Positions 28,237 to 37,773 of a stretch of 64,000 bases of DNA are shown piece after piece; the first letter of the stretch is position 1, and every line of letters starts with the position of its first letter. The DNA comes from an uncultured Micropruina sp. (GTDB lineage: Bacteria; Actinomycetota; Actinomycetes; Propionibacteriales; Propionibacteriaceae): positions 2,448-66,447 of the forward strand of contig CAZBMH010000006.1 of NCBI GenBank assembly GCA_964492685.1, read 5' to 3'. Under the pieces are notes generated by a model that saw only the letters and a list, made by a program, of their open reading frames with translations, made no database searches and was not told where the DNA came from. The position numbers and the translations under genes are program-made.

Positions 28237-29049
28237 ATGCCTTCAACGGAGAGCCCCCCTGCAGAGCCGCGCGACGAGCCGGCCCGGCCGCCTGACGACT
28301 CCGCGACGGGCCTCTATCGCGCGGAAGCGATCGTCGACGGATTCCCGGGGAAGTCCTCCTCGCACGGCGCCTTCGGTTGGAGCAGCCTGTGGCTGTTGCG
28401 GCAGGGCGACCGGCGGATCCTGATCGACGCCGGTCCGCCGGCCTACATCCCGCTGATCCACGAGGGGTTGGCCCGGCTGAACCTCACGGCCGCCGATGTC
28501 ACGGACGTCCTCATCACGCATCTGCACTGGGACCACGTGTCGAACTTCACGATGTTCCCGAAGGCCACCACCTGGGTGGGGGAGGCGGAGCTCGCCTGGG
28601 CCGCCCAGCAGCCCGCGGGAACCAAGTTCATGCCCGATCTTCACATCCACGAGCTGCTGCGACGCACGAGCGGCGTCGAACGGATGACGCCGGGGCAGGA
28701 GGTTCTGCCCGGAATCCATGCGGTGGCCAGCCCCGGCCACACGCCGCACCACCTCGCCTTCTTCGCCGAACGGACGGCCGAGCGGCTCGTGTTCGCGGGG
28801 GACGCCGTGAAGAACGTCTATGAGTTGGCGACCTCCCGCGTCGATTCGACGATGGACGAGGCTGCCAGCGTCCAGACCATCGACCAACTCCGGGGACTCC
28901 TGGCCGACACCTCCGGCGTCCTGGTCCCCGGCCACGACGTCGCGCTGGCCCTCCGCGACGGGGTGCCCGCCCGACTGCGAGCCCAGGGCGCGAGCGTCGG
29001 CTTCTTCGCCGACGCCACCTCGGGCGAACAGGACCGGAGCATCCGATGA
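28237..29049 (+). CDS. MBL-fold metallo-hydrolase (lactonase-like)
   Basis: THLHWDH, PGHTPHH, AGDA, PGHD. Confidence 0.88.
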   Translation: MPSTESPPAEPRDEPARPPDDSATGLYRAEAIVDGFPGKSSSHGAFGWSSLWLLRQGDRRILIDAGPPAYIPLIHEGLARLNLTAADVTDVLITHLHWDHVSNFTMFPKATTWVGEAELAWAAQQPAGTKFMPDLHIHELLRRTSGVERMTPGQEVLPGIHAVASPGHTPHHLAFFAERTAERLVFAGDAVKNVYELATSRVDSTMDEAASVQTIDQLRGLLADTSGVLVPGHDVALALRDGVPARLRAQGASVGFFADATSGEQDRSIR

Positions 29050-29075
29050 GCAACGACGCCAGGAGGGAAGCCCCC

Positions 29076-29861
29076 ATGACCTCGATTCTGTACACCGGTG
29101 GCACGGGCCGGATGGGGAGCGTGATCCGGCAGGGCCTCGCCGGGCGCTATTCGCGGGTCGTCCTGTTCGCCCGCTCCCTGCCCGAGACGCCGCTGCACCC
29201 CGGGGAGGAGGTGGTCGTCGGCGACCTGGCCGACCTGGAGGCCCTCACCGCGGCCGCCGCCGGCATCGACGTGATCGTTCACCTGGGGGGCGTGGCCGAC
29301 GAGGCCCCCTTCGAGGACGTGCTGGAGGCGAACATCGCGGGCACCTATCACGTCTATGAGGCGGCCCGCCGGGCCGGCGTCCGCCGGGTGGTCTACGCGA
29401 GCTCGAACCACATCGTGGGCTTCCACCCTGCCACCGAGATCCTCGACGAGAACGCCCCCCTCCGTCCGGACACCTATTACGGGGTGTCGAAGGCGTTCGG
29501 CGAGGCGCTCGCCAGCCTGTACTACGACAAGTGGGGCGTCGAGTCCGTGCTGCTGCGCATCGGGACCTTCCGCCCCGAGCCCGAGGACCGCCGCCAGTTG
29601 GCGCTCTGGCTGAGCTGGGCCGACGGCGTCGAGCTGGTGCGGTGCGCCATCGAGGCCGGCCCCGTCGGCTGTCAGGTCGTGTACGGCTGCTCCGCGAACA
29701 GCGAACGCTGGTGGGACGGCCGGGCCGGCTGGCGCGCCATCGGCTATTCCCCCACCGACGATGCGGCCGACCACGCCGCCGCCGTCAACCCCGATTCACC
29801 GGCACCGACGCATCACGGCGGCGCCTTCACCGCAGCCAACTACGAGGGAGGAATCTGGTGA
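29076..29861 (+). CDS. Uronate dehydrogenase-like extended SDR
   Basis: TGG.G..G, YASSNH.VGF, RPDT.YGVSK.FGE, YYDK.G.E...LRIG, WLS..D. Confidence 0.85.
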   Translation: MTSILYTGGTGRMGSVIRQGLAGRYSRVVLFARSLPETPLHPGEEVVVGDLADLEALTAAAAGIDVIVHLGGVADEAPFEDVLEANIAGTYHVYEAARRAGVRRVVYASSNHIVGFHPATEILDENAPLRPDTYYGVSKAFGEALASLYYDKWGVESVLLRIGTFRPEPEDRRQLALWLSWADGVELVRCAIEAGPVGCQVVYGCSANSERWWDGRAGWRAIGYSPTDDAADHAAAVNPDSPAPTHHGGAFTAANYEGGIW

Positions 29862-30850
29862 CTTCCACCAGCAACACCTGCGATGTCCTGATCACCACCG
29901 CGTTCCTGAGCCCGGGCGACGAGGTCGACCTGGCCCTCAGGGCCGCCGGCCTCCGCACCCGACACGAGCCCGACCTGGCATCGCTGTCGGAGGGCGAGCG
30001 GCGTGCGGCGCTGGCGGACACCCGGGCGATCATCGCGGGCACCCAGCGTCTGGGGCGGGCCGAGCTGGAGAACGCCCCGGGGCTCGAGATCATCGTGCGG
30101 ACCGGGGTCGGCTACGACAGCGTTGACGTTGCGCTGGCCACGTCGCGCGGCGTCCCGGTGTGCGTCACGGCCGGCGCCAACCGGCAGGCCGTGGCGGAGC
30201 ATGTCTTCGCCCTGGCACTGGCCCTGGCCCGGCGGATCCCCGAGAACATCGACCAGCTGTCGAGCGGCACCTGGCAGCAGCTGACCGGCCGCGAGCTGCG
30301 CGGCGCCACCCTCGGCGTCCTGGGGCTCGGCTCGATCGGGCGGGCGGTCGTGACGATCGCGAAGGGCTTCGGGATGGACGTTGTTGCGTTCGATCCGTAT
30401 TTCGACGAGGCATTTGCCGCCGCCCACGGTGTCCGCCGGGCCGAGCTGGATGCCGTGCTCGCTGAGGCCGACGTGGTCACGCTCCACCTCTTCCTGGACG
30501 ACAGCACCCGCAACCTGATCGATGCGGCGCGCCTGGCCCTGATGAAGCCCGGTGCCCTGCTGATCAACACGGCGCGCGGCGGGATCATCGACGAGGCCGC
30601 CCTCGTGGCAGCGGTTCGCGAGGGAGTCATCGCTGGGGCGGGGCTCGATGTCTTCGCTGACGAGCCGCTTCCCAAGGACAGCCCGCTGCTCCGGACGCCC
30701 GGGATCCTGTGCACAACCCATGTGGCCGGCGCCACCGCCGAAGCCCGCAGCGAGTCGGGGCGGATGGCGGCCGCCAACGTCCTCGCCACCCTGGGTGGGG
30801 AAGCCCCCGAGTTTGTCGTCAATCCCGAGTACCGGGCGGTGTCGGCGTGA
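29858..30850 (+). CDS. D-isomer-specific 2-hydroxyacid dehydrogenase
   Basis: GVGYD, AVAEH, GLGSIG, INTARG, LDVF..EP, HVAG. Confidence 0.92.
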   Translation: MTSTSNTCDVLITTAFLSPGDEVDLALRAAGLRTRHEPDLASLSEGERRAALADTRAIIAGTQRLGRAELENAPGLEIIVRTGVGYDSVDVALATSRGVPVCVTAGANRQAVAEHVFALALALARRIPENIDQLSSGTWQQLTGRELRGATLGVLGLGSIGRAVVTIAKGFGMDVVAFDPYFDEAFAAAHGVRRAELDAVLAEADVVTLHLFLDDSTRNLIDAARLALMKPGALLINTARGGIIDEAALVAAVREGVIAGAGLDVFADEPLPKDSPLLRTPGILCTTHVAGATAEARSESGRMAAANVLATLGGEAPEFVVNPEYRAVSA

Positions 30851-31653
30851 GGGTCACGACGCCACACGGGGCGGTGCGGCTGGCGGCGAACCTGAAGTGG
30901 CTGTTCACGGAGGTGCCGTTCGAGCGTCGCTTCGAGGCCGCCGCCGCCGCGGGCTTCGAGGCCGTCGAGATCGCCTCCCCCTACGGGCTGCCCGCCACCC
31001 GGGTGCGCGAGCTGGCCGACGAGGCTGGGGTTCGCACGGTGCTCATCAACACCCCGGCGGGCCCCGCGGGATCACCCACGTCGATGGGGGCCGGCTTCGC
31101 TCCCGAGGCCCGCGAGGAGTTTCGTCGCGGTCTGCTGACCGCCCTGGACTACGCGAGCGCGCTCGGGGCTCCGACCATTCACGCCATGGCGGGGCTCCGT
31201 CCGGCGGGAGTGGGGGAGGAGGCGGCGTTCGCCACCTACGTCGCGAACATCGGCTGGGCGGCGGAGCGGGCGCGCACGGCGGGCGTTCGCCTGGCGCTGG
31301 AGCCCATCAACAAGCGTGACCAGCCCACCTACGGCCTGGCGACCATGGAGAGCGCAGCCGCGGTGACGGAGGCCACCGACCCCGACACGGTCGGGATCCT
31401 GTTCGACGTCTACCACGCGCAGATCGACGGGGGAGACCTGATCACCCGACTTCGACGGCTTCGACCTCGAGTCGCCCACATCCAGGTGGCCGACAACCCG
31501 GGTCGCGGCGAACCCGGCAGCGGCGAGATCGCTTACCCGGCCGTCTTCGCGGCCATCGCCGACGCCGGCTACGACGGCTGGGTCGGCTGCGAGTACCGGC
31601 CGGTCAGCACCACCCAGGACGGCCTCGGGTGGATCGAAAGGATGTCCCGATGA
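30847..31653 (+). CDS. otnI: Hydroxypyruvate isomerase family (2-oxo-tetronate isomerase-like)
   Basis: ANL.WLFTE, LEPIN, FD.YHAQ, HIQ.ADNPGR.EPG.GE; context with otnK and otnC. Confidence 0.75.
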   Translation: MRVTTPHGAVRLAANLKWLFTEVPFERRFEAAAAAGFEAVEIASPYGLPATRVRELADEAGVRTVLINTPAGPAGSPTSMGAGFAPEAREEFRRGLLTALDYASALGAPTIHAMAGLRPAGVGEEAAFATYVANIGWAAERARTAGVRLALEPINKRDQPTYGLATMESAAAVTEATDPDTVGILFDVYHAQIDGGDLITRLRRLRPRVAHIQVADNPGRGEPGSGEIAYPAVFAAIADAGYDGWVGCEYRPVSTTQDGLGWIERMSR

Positions 31654-32318
31654 CCCCGGTTCGGATTGCCCTCATCAGCGCCACCCCGTTGGCCATCGCG
31701 CCCGCCACGGCGGCGATCGCGGGATCCTTCCCCGAGGTGACCCTGTGGAACCTGCTGGATGACCGGCTGTTGGCCGATGCCGAGGGAGCGGGTGGCGTCA
31801 CCCCGACGCTCGCCGGACGCATGGATCACCTCATCGAGTTGGCCCTCGGAGGCGGCGCCGACGGAGTCCTGCTGACCTGCTCGCTCTTCGGCACCCGCGC
31901 GGACGTCCGGGACCCCGGGGCGGACGGTGCGCCGGTGCTCTCCGCCGACGGTCCGTTGTTCGAGGAGGTTGCCACGCGCCGTCCGGCCCGACTGCTGCTC
32001 GTGGCCTCGTTGGAGTCGGCGGCCCGCGACAGCGCCGCCCGGCTCGCCGAGGTTCTGGAGTCGCGAGGGGGCCAGACCACCATTCAGGCCCTCGCGGTCC
32101 CTGCCGCCAAGGGCGTCGCCACCGAGGAGGCGCTGGTCGCCGCCCTCACCAGTGCCGTCACCGCCGTCGAGGAGCCGTTCGACCTCATCGTGCTGGCGCA
32201 GTACTCGCTGTCCGCGGCGGCCCACCCGCTGGAGGAACGCTTCGGCGTCCCCGTCCTCGACGGGCCGAACGCGGCAGCCCGGCGGCTCGCCGCCACGATC
32301 GACCAGGACGCGCGATGA
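31650..32318 (+). CDS. Asp/Glu/hydantoin racemase superfamily protein
   Basis: NLLDD.LL, GAD.VLLTCS, IVLAQ.S, VPVL; only one of the two catalytic Cys present. Confidence 0.7.
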   Translation: MTPVRIALISATPLAIAPATAAIAGSFPEVTLWNLLDDRLLADAEGAGGVTPTLAGRMDHLIELALGGGADGVLLTCSLFGTRADVRDPGADGAPVLSADGPLFEEVATRRPARLLLVASLESAARDSAARLAEVLESRGGQTTIQALAVPAAKGVATEEALVAALTSAVTAVEEPFDLIVLAQYSLSAAAHPLEERFGVPVLDGPNAAARRLAATIDQDAR

Positions 32319-33541
32319 TCGGCGTCATCGCGGACGACGTGACCGGGGCGACCGACGTCGCGGCCGCGCTCAGCCGCGCGGGGCTTCGCACGTCGCTCGC
32401 GCTCCGCGCCGACCTCGAGGTGGAGCCCCCTTCGGCGGACGCGATCGTGATCGGGCTGAAGACCCGATCCATCGCTCCGGCGGCGGCGGTCCGGGAGAGC
32501 CTGGCTGCCCTCGCCACCCTGCGCCGACTTGGGGCCTCGCACTTCTACCTGAAGTACTGCTCCACCTTCGACTCCACGGATCAGGGCAACATCGGCCCGG
32601 TCACGGAGGCGCTCGCCGCCGCGCTGGGGGTCAGCACGGTTGTCACGACGCCTGCGGCACCCCTGCACGGCCGGACCGTCTACGCCGGCCATCTGTTCGT
32701 GGGCGACACCCCGCTGCACGAGACACACATGCGGGACCATCCGGTGACGCCCATGCGCGACTCCTCGCTTCGACGGCTGCTTCAGCCCCAAGTGACGCGA
32801 CCCGTGTCCCTGATCCCCCTCCGGGTGGTCCGCTCGGGGGCCGCGGGAGTCCGTGAGCTAGTGGAGCGGGCCACCCGCGACGGGGACGGGCACCTCATCC
32901 TCGACGCGACGGGCGAGGAGGATCTGGCCGTCATCGCCGAGGCCATCGAGGACCAGGTCCTGGCCGCCGGCTCCGCGGGGCTCGTCGGGGCCATGGGGCG
33001 GCGGCACGAGACCGGCGGCGCCACGTTCGACCCGGCTCCTCCTGGACGGACCGCCATCATCGCGGGCAGCTGCTCGCAGCGGACACTCGAGCAGATCGCC
33101 CGCTTCGAGGCCGACGGCCAGCCCGCCTATCGGTTGGTGGCGAGTCGCGGCGAGGACGCCCAGCAACTCGCCGACCGCGCCCTGGCCTGGTGGGACGCGC
33201 TCCCGGCCCTGACGTCTGCCCTGCTGTATTCGTCGAGCCCCCCCAACGAACGCGAGGGTGCGACCCCCGAGGTCGCCGCCCTGTACGAGGAGACGGCGGG
33301 AATCCTGGCCCGCTCCCTCGCCGAGCGGGGAATCCGCCGCCTGTTGATCGCAGGCGGGGAGACCTCGGGATCGGCCATGGCCGCGCTTGGCACGGACCTG
33401 GTCACCGTCGGTGCGGAGGCGACGCTGGGCGCGCCCTGGGTCCGGGACCCCGAGCGCGATGTCTACCTCGTCCTCAAGTCGGGCAACTTCGGCGATCCCG
33501 ACTTCTTCGTCCGCCTAGCCCGAGAAGGAACCCCCTCATGA
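32315..33541 (+). CDS. otnK: Four-carbon acid sugar kinase (DUF1537; 3-oxo-tetronate kinase)
   Basis: IADD.TGATD, KYCSTFDST..GNIGPV, HP.TPM.DS, GSCS..T..Q, AGGETSG, LKSGNFG. Confidence 0.88.
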   Translation: MIGVIADDVTGATDVAAALSRAGLRTSLALRADLEVEPPSADAIVIGLKTRSIAPAAAVRESLAALATLRRLGASHFYLKYCSTFDSTDQGNIGPVTEALAAALGVSTVVTTPAAPLHGRTVYAGHLFVGDTPLHETHMRDHPVTPMRDSSLRRLLQPQVTRPVSLIPLRVVRSGAAGVRELVERATRDGDGHLILDATGEEDLAVIAEAIEDQVLAAGSAGLVGAMGRRHETGGATFDPAPPGRTAIIAGSCSQRTLEQIARFEADGQPAYRLVASRGEDAQQLADRALAWWDALPALTSALLYSSSPPNEREGATPEVAALYEETAGILARSLAERGIRRLLIAGGETSGSAMAALGTDLVTVGAEATLGAPWVRDPERDVYLVLKSGNFGDPDFFVRLAREGTPS

Positions 33542-34179
33542 CCACCAACGCCCGCCAGGACCTGGCGAGGATCGCCCACGCCGTGTTCGATCGACGGCTC
33601 ACCCATGGACGGACGGGCAACGTGGCCGTGCGCGATCGGGACACCATCCTGGTCACCCCCACCAACGTGAGCCTCGGCCAAGTCGACCCGGATGCCCTGT
33701 CCGTGATCGGGGCCGACGGCGCGCACCTCGCGGGCCCCCGCCCGACGAAGGAGGCCTTCCTGCATGCCGCGGTCCTGCGGACCCGCCCCGATCTCAATGC
33801 GGTCATTCACACCCACTCCACGTACTCGGCGGCCCTGTCCTGTCTCGACGGCCTCGACCCGGACAGCCCCATCCCGCCGCTGACCGCCTATTTCGGGATG
33901 CGGGTCGGGTCGTTGCGGCTCCTGCCGTACTTCGCGCCGGGGGATCCGGCCGCCACCCCAGCGGTCGAGGGTGCGGCAGCCCGGGGACACGCCTTCCTGC
34001 TGCGCAACCACGGTCCGGTCGTCGGGGCGCCCGATCTGGACGCGGCACTGGATGCCCTCGAGGAACTGGAACACACCGCGCAACTCTTCTTCATCACCGC
34101 CGGTCACCGGATCGCCCCCCTGGGCGAGACGCAACTGGCGGCCCTCACCCCGACCACCCACGTGAAAGGACCCTCGTGA
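33538..34179 (+). CDS. otnC: Class II aldolase family (3-oxo-tetronate 4-phosphate decarboxylase-like)
   Basis: G.TGN, PTKE.FLH, HTHS, PPLTAY..MRVG, LRNHGPV, EELE.TA. Confidence 0.85.
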   Translation: MTTNARQDLARIAHAVFDRRLTHGRTGNVAVRDRDTILVTPTNVSLGQVDPDALSVIGADGAHLAGPRPTKEAFLHAAVLRTRPDLNAVIHTHSTYSAALSCLDGLDPDSPIPPLTAYFGMRVGSLRLLPYFAPGDPAATPAVEGAAARGHAFLLRNHGPVVGAPDLDAALDALEELEHTAQLFFITAGHRIAPLGETQLAALTPTTHVKGPS

Positions 34180-34856
34180 TCACCCTGTCCAGCGGCCTCG
34201 TCGTCCGCCAGCCCCTCGTTGAAACCCTCCTTCCCGCCTTCGAGCAGACGCACGGGGAAGCGATCGCGGCGGACTTCGCGCCGACCAGCCTGATCCTGGA
34301 ACAGATCGCCGGGGGCGCCCGGCCGGACCTCGTCCTGGGGGTCACAGCGTCGGTTCGTGAGCTGGCCGACCAGGGGATCCTCGACCCCGACACCGTCACC
34401 GAGGTCGCCGCGTCCTCCGTCGGGTACGCGCGGTTGCCGCAGACCGCCAGCCCGTCCGATGAGTCGGCCGAGGCCTTCCTGGCGTACCTCCTCGACGGCC
34501 GATCGGTGGCCTACTCACTCTCGGGGGCCAGCGGGCTGCACTTCATCGGGGTACTGGAGGGCCGCGGCCTGCGCGAGCGGGTCGACGAGCACGCCGTGCG
34601 CTTCACGTCCGGACTGACGGCCGAGGCCGTGGTGGACGGACGTGCGGACGTCGCCATCCAGCAGGTCAGCGAGCTGCGTTCCGTCGCCGGGCCGCAGCTC
34701 GTCGAGCCGATCCCGCACGAGCTTCAGTCGTACGCCCGCTTCGCCATCGGAGCCCGTCCAGGGGCTCCCGCCGGCGCGGCGGCGTTCATCGCCCTGCTCA
34801 CCACCCCGACCGCTCGCGACGCGTTCGCCGCAGTCGGCCTCACCGCCCCCCGCTGA
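34176..34856 (+). CDS. ModA-like substrate-binding-fold protein without signal peptide
   Basis: S.AYS..GASG.HF, G.AD.A.QQ.SEL, P.P.ELQ; no N-terminal hydrophobic leader. Confidence 0.75.
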   Translation: MITLSSGLVVRQPLVETLLPAFEQTHGEAIAADFAPTSLILEQIAGGARPDLVLGVTASVRELADQGILDPDTVTEVAASSVGYARLPQTASPSDESAEAFLAYLLDGRSVAYSLSGASGLHFIGVLEGRGLRERVDEHAVRFTSGLTAEAVVDGRADVAIQQVSELRSVAGPQLVEPIPHELQSYARFAIGARPGAPAGAAAFIALLTTPTARDAFAAVGLTAPR

Positions 34857-34897
34857 CCCGACAACCGGGTTCGCGCGGCCTTTCAAGGGAGAAAGCA

Positions 34898-35884
34898 ATG
34901 AGAAAAGTACTGGTGGACACCGACTGCGGTGTCGACGACGCCTTGGCACTCATGGTGCTCGCCGCCGACCCCGAGGTGGAGATCGTGGGCGCCATCAGCG
35001 TCTTCGGCAACACCCCGGGGGACCAGGCGGCGCGCAATGCCCGCTATGTTCTGAACACCTGCGGCCGTCCCGACGTCCCCGTGTATCGGGGAGCCACGAA
35101 GCCCCTGAATCAGGAGCTCCGTCTCTCGGCCGGGATCCATGGCGAGGACGGCTTCGGAAACACGGGGCTCGCGAACGACACCCCGCTGCCGGAGGGCGCG
35201 GACGGGCTGGAGGTCCTGCTGGATCTGGTGCGAACCCACGAGGGCGAGCTCGACTACGTCGCGCTCGGGCCGCAGACAAACCTCGCCATGGGCCTGCGGG
35301 CGGACCCCGGCCTGCTCGATCGACTCGCCAGCGTCACGATCGTCGGAACGCTCGGGCCCGCGCTGTACCACGACACCGAGCCGTGGGCCGACCGGCGATT
35401 CCGCGTCTCGCGCGACCCGAACGTGGCGTTCGACATCGAGGCGGCCGAGGAGGTCGCCCGGCACGAGGGCAACGTCACCTGGTGCGGGCCCTACGTCACG
35501 CGGCAGGCGCTCGTTCCCGAGGAGTTCTTCCTGGCGATCGCGCGGGAGACCGGTTTCGCCCCGGCAGAGCTCATCACCAAGATCAGCGCCGACTACGCGG
35601 GCTTCTACTCGCGCTCCTACCCGCAACCGGAGGGGCGCCGGGTGATGGGGATCAACGACAGCCTGGCCGTGGCCTGCCTGCTGCGTCCGGATCTGCTCAC
35701 CGGCTTCGTGCACCGTCCGCTCCAGTCCTTCACCGACCCGGTGTCCGGCGATCGCTACCTGGCGGGCGTGCATCCGGTGAAGGGGGAGACCCGACCGTTG
35801 CATCGGGTGGTGTTCGACATGGACTTCGACGGCGTCCTGGAACTCATCTCCTCGGTGCTCACCCGGCCGCTTCCCTGGCGCTGA
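34898..35884 (+). CDS. Nucleoside hydrolase (IU-NH family)
   Basis: DTDCGVDD Ca-binding motif, VFGN, IHGEDG, LGP.TNLA. Confidence 0.9.
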   Translation: MRKVLVDTDCGVDDALALMVLAADPEVEIVGAISVFGNTPGDQAARNARYVLNTCGRPDVPVYRGATKPLNQELRLSAGIHGEDGFGNTGLANDTPLPEGADGLEVLLDLVRTHEGELDYVALGPQTNLAMGLRADPGLLDRLASVTIVGTLGPALYHDTEPWADRRFRVSRDPNVAFDIEAAEEVARHEGNVTWCGPYVTRQALVPEEFFLAIARETGFAPAELITKISADYAGFYSRSYPQPEGRRVMGINDSLAVACLLRPDLLTGFVHRPLQSFTDPVSGDRYLAGVHPVKGETRPLHRVVFDMDFDGVLELISSVLTRPLPWR

Positions 35885-35956
35885 CCGGCGGGTCGAGGCC
35901 GAGGCACAGCGTCCGATGGTCCCGGTTCCACGCTCAGAGAGGAATGGCTACACCTC

Positions 35957-35985
35957 TTGTTGTGGCACATTCTATACTATAGAGT
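35957..35985 (+). promoter_or_regulatory. Promoter with second GntR operator copy
   Basis: TTGTTG-17-TAGAGT; palindrome TCTATAcTATAGA (35971-35983). Confidence 0.7.
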
Positions 35986-36039
35986 CACGCTCACCACGAC
36001 ATGGACGTCCTGCACAGCCGCAGGATCAAAGGAGCTCTC

Positions 36040-37359
36040 ATGACAGACAATCCCAACGCCGCGGCCACGGTCCCGGTGGCTACACCATCCTCGGAGCACA
36101 CCACGAGGAACCTCTTCGCCCTCAGCGCCGGCCACGCGCTGGAGTGGTTCGACTGGGCCATGTTCGGCCTGCTGTCGCTCTACATCGGGAACGCGTTCTT
36201 CCCGGGCTCCAGCCCGGCGACGGCAACGCTGAATTCGCTGGCGGTCTTCGCCGTGGGGTTCGTGGCGCGCCCCATCGGGGGGATCGTGTTCGGCCTCGTC
36301 GCCGACCGCGCGGGCCGCAAGCCGGTGATGCTCCTCGCGATCGCCGTGACCGCCCTGTCCAGCCTGATCATCGGGATCCTCCCGACCCACGAGACCCTGG
36401 GGGTCTGGGCCGGCGTCATCGTGGTGGTGCTCAGAATCCTGCAGGGATTCTCCACCGGCATCGAGGCGCCGCTGAGCAACGCCTACGGCCTCGAGCTCGC
36501 CCCCGACCGGCCGGGCTACGTCGCCGGCTTCATGGCGTTCTTCAACAACCTCGGCAACCTTCTGGCCCCGCTCACCGCCTTCGCCGCCAGCGCCCTCCTC
36601 GGCAAGACGCTGATGGGGGAGTACGGCTGGCGCATCCCGTTCATCCTGGGTGGGGTGCTGGGCCTCATGGTTCTGTGGCTGCGGCGCACGCTCCCGGAGA
36701 CGCTCGTCCATGACGGGACCGACGGCGCCCCCAAGCTGTCGACGCGGGACGAAACCATCAAGGTGTGGCGGGGCGTGGGGCAGTACTGGCTGAGCATCGT
36801 CGCGGTGATCTTCATCGTCGGGGCCATCCAGGCCTACAACTACACCTGGCTGGCCGGCCTGCCCTCGCTGGCGACCGGGGCGTACGGAATGAACCCGACC
36901 GACGTGTTCGCGGTGACCACCTCGCTCACTGTCGTCCTCACGATCGGGGCGCTCGTGCTCAGCCGCTACCTCGACAGGTGGGCCCTCTCGAAGTGGTACG
37001 TGCTCGGCCGGATCCTGGCGATCCCGACGATCTTCATCGTGCTGCTGTTCAAGAAGGGCGACATCGGGTCGTTGGCCGGGGTGATGCTCGGTGGCGCGCT
37101 GGTGCTGCTCCTGAACCTGACCGTCTACAACGCCGTGGCGAACGCCATGTTCCCGCAGTTCTGCCGCGGGACGGCGGCCGGCATCGGCTACGGGGTCGGG
37201 GTTGCCGTCTTCGGCGGCACCGCGTCCTACCTCTTCGTGTGGCTGCAGAGCAACGGGCAGGGTCACATCTTCCCGATCTATGTGTCCGTGCTGTGCGCGA
37301 TCAGCCTCGTGCTGTACATCGCGGCCAAGAAGCGCAACGGGGTCTTCGTCGGCGAGTAA
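36040..37359 (+). CDS. MFS metabolite:H+ symporter (MHS/KgtP-like)
   Basis: G.ALEWFD, RPIGG..FG..ADR.GRK, RILQG.S.G.E, GWRIPF; AAAGGAG RBS. Confidence 0.92.
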   Translation: MTDNPNAAATVPVATPSSEHTTRNLFALSAGHALEWFDWAMFGLLSLYIGNAFFPGSSPATATLNSLAVFAVGFVARPIGGIVFGLVADRAGRKPVMLLAIAVTALSSLIIGILPTHETLGVWAGVIVVVLRILQGFSTGIEAPLSNAYGLELAPDRPGYVAGFMAFFNNLGNLLAPLTAFAASALLGKTLMGEYGWRIPFILGGVLGLMVLWLRRTLPETLVHDGTDGAPKLSTRDETIKVWRGVGQYWLSIVAVIFIVGAIQAYNYTWLAGLPSLATGAYGMNPTDVFAVTTSLTVVLTIGALVLSRYLDRWALSKWYVLGRILAIPTIFIVLLFKKGDIGSLAGVMLGGALVLLLNLTVYNAVANAMFPQFCRGTAAGIGYGVGVAVFGGTASYLFVWLQSNGQGHIFPIYVSVLCAISLVLYIAAKKRNGVFVGE

Positions 37360-37377
37360 CGCCACGTCGCACGACAC

Positions 37378-37412
37378 CAGGGTGGGCCACCGGTATTCCG
37401 GGGCCCACCCTG
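37378..37412. terminator. Hairpin between convergent genes
   Basis: CAGGGTGGGCC...GGCCCACCCTG inverted repeat. Confidence 0.7.
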
Positions 37413-37437
37413 ATTGCGTCTGCGGTGCGGTCGCGCC

Positions 37438-37773
37438 TCAGGGCACGCGCGGGTCGAGCATCGTCAGGACCAGCCGGGAGGGCTCGTGGGCCAGGACCGC
37501 GTGCGGCACCCGGGCGCCCAGATGCACCAGGCCGCCGGGGACGAGCGCCTCCGTCCGGCCATCGGCGGTGACCGACAGGTGGCCGTCCAGGACCTGCAGC
37601 AGGACCGGCATCGCCGCGGTGTGCTCGGTGAGCTCCTGGCCGGTGTCGAAGGCGAACAGGACCACCCGGACGCCGGGGGCCTTCAGCACCGTTCGGGACA
37701 CCGTCGACCCCGGCAGGACTTGGACGAGCTCGCCCAGGTCCGCCAGGGCCGTGAAGGGGGTGGGTGTGGTCAT
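37438..37773 (-). CDS. Cupin domain protein
   Basis: F.FD.GQELTEHTA, PHAV.A. Confidence 0.88.
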   Translation of the reverse strand: MTTPTPFTALADLGELVQVLPGSTVSRTVLKAPGVRVVLFAFDTGQELTEHTAAMPVLLQVLDGHLSVTADGRTEALVPGGLVHLGARVPHAVLAHEPSRLVLTMLDPRVP

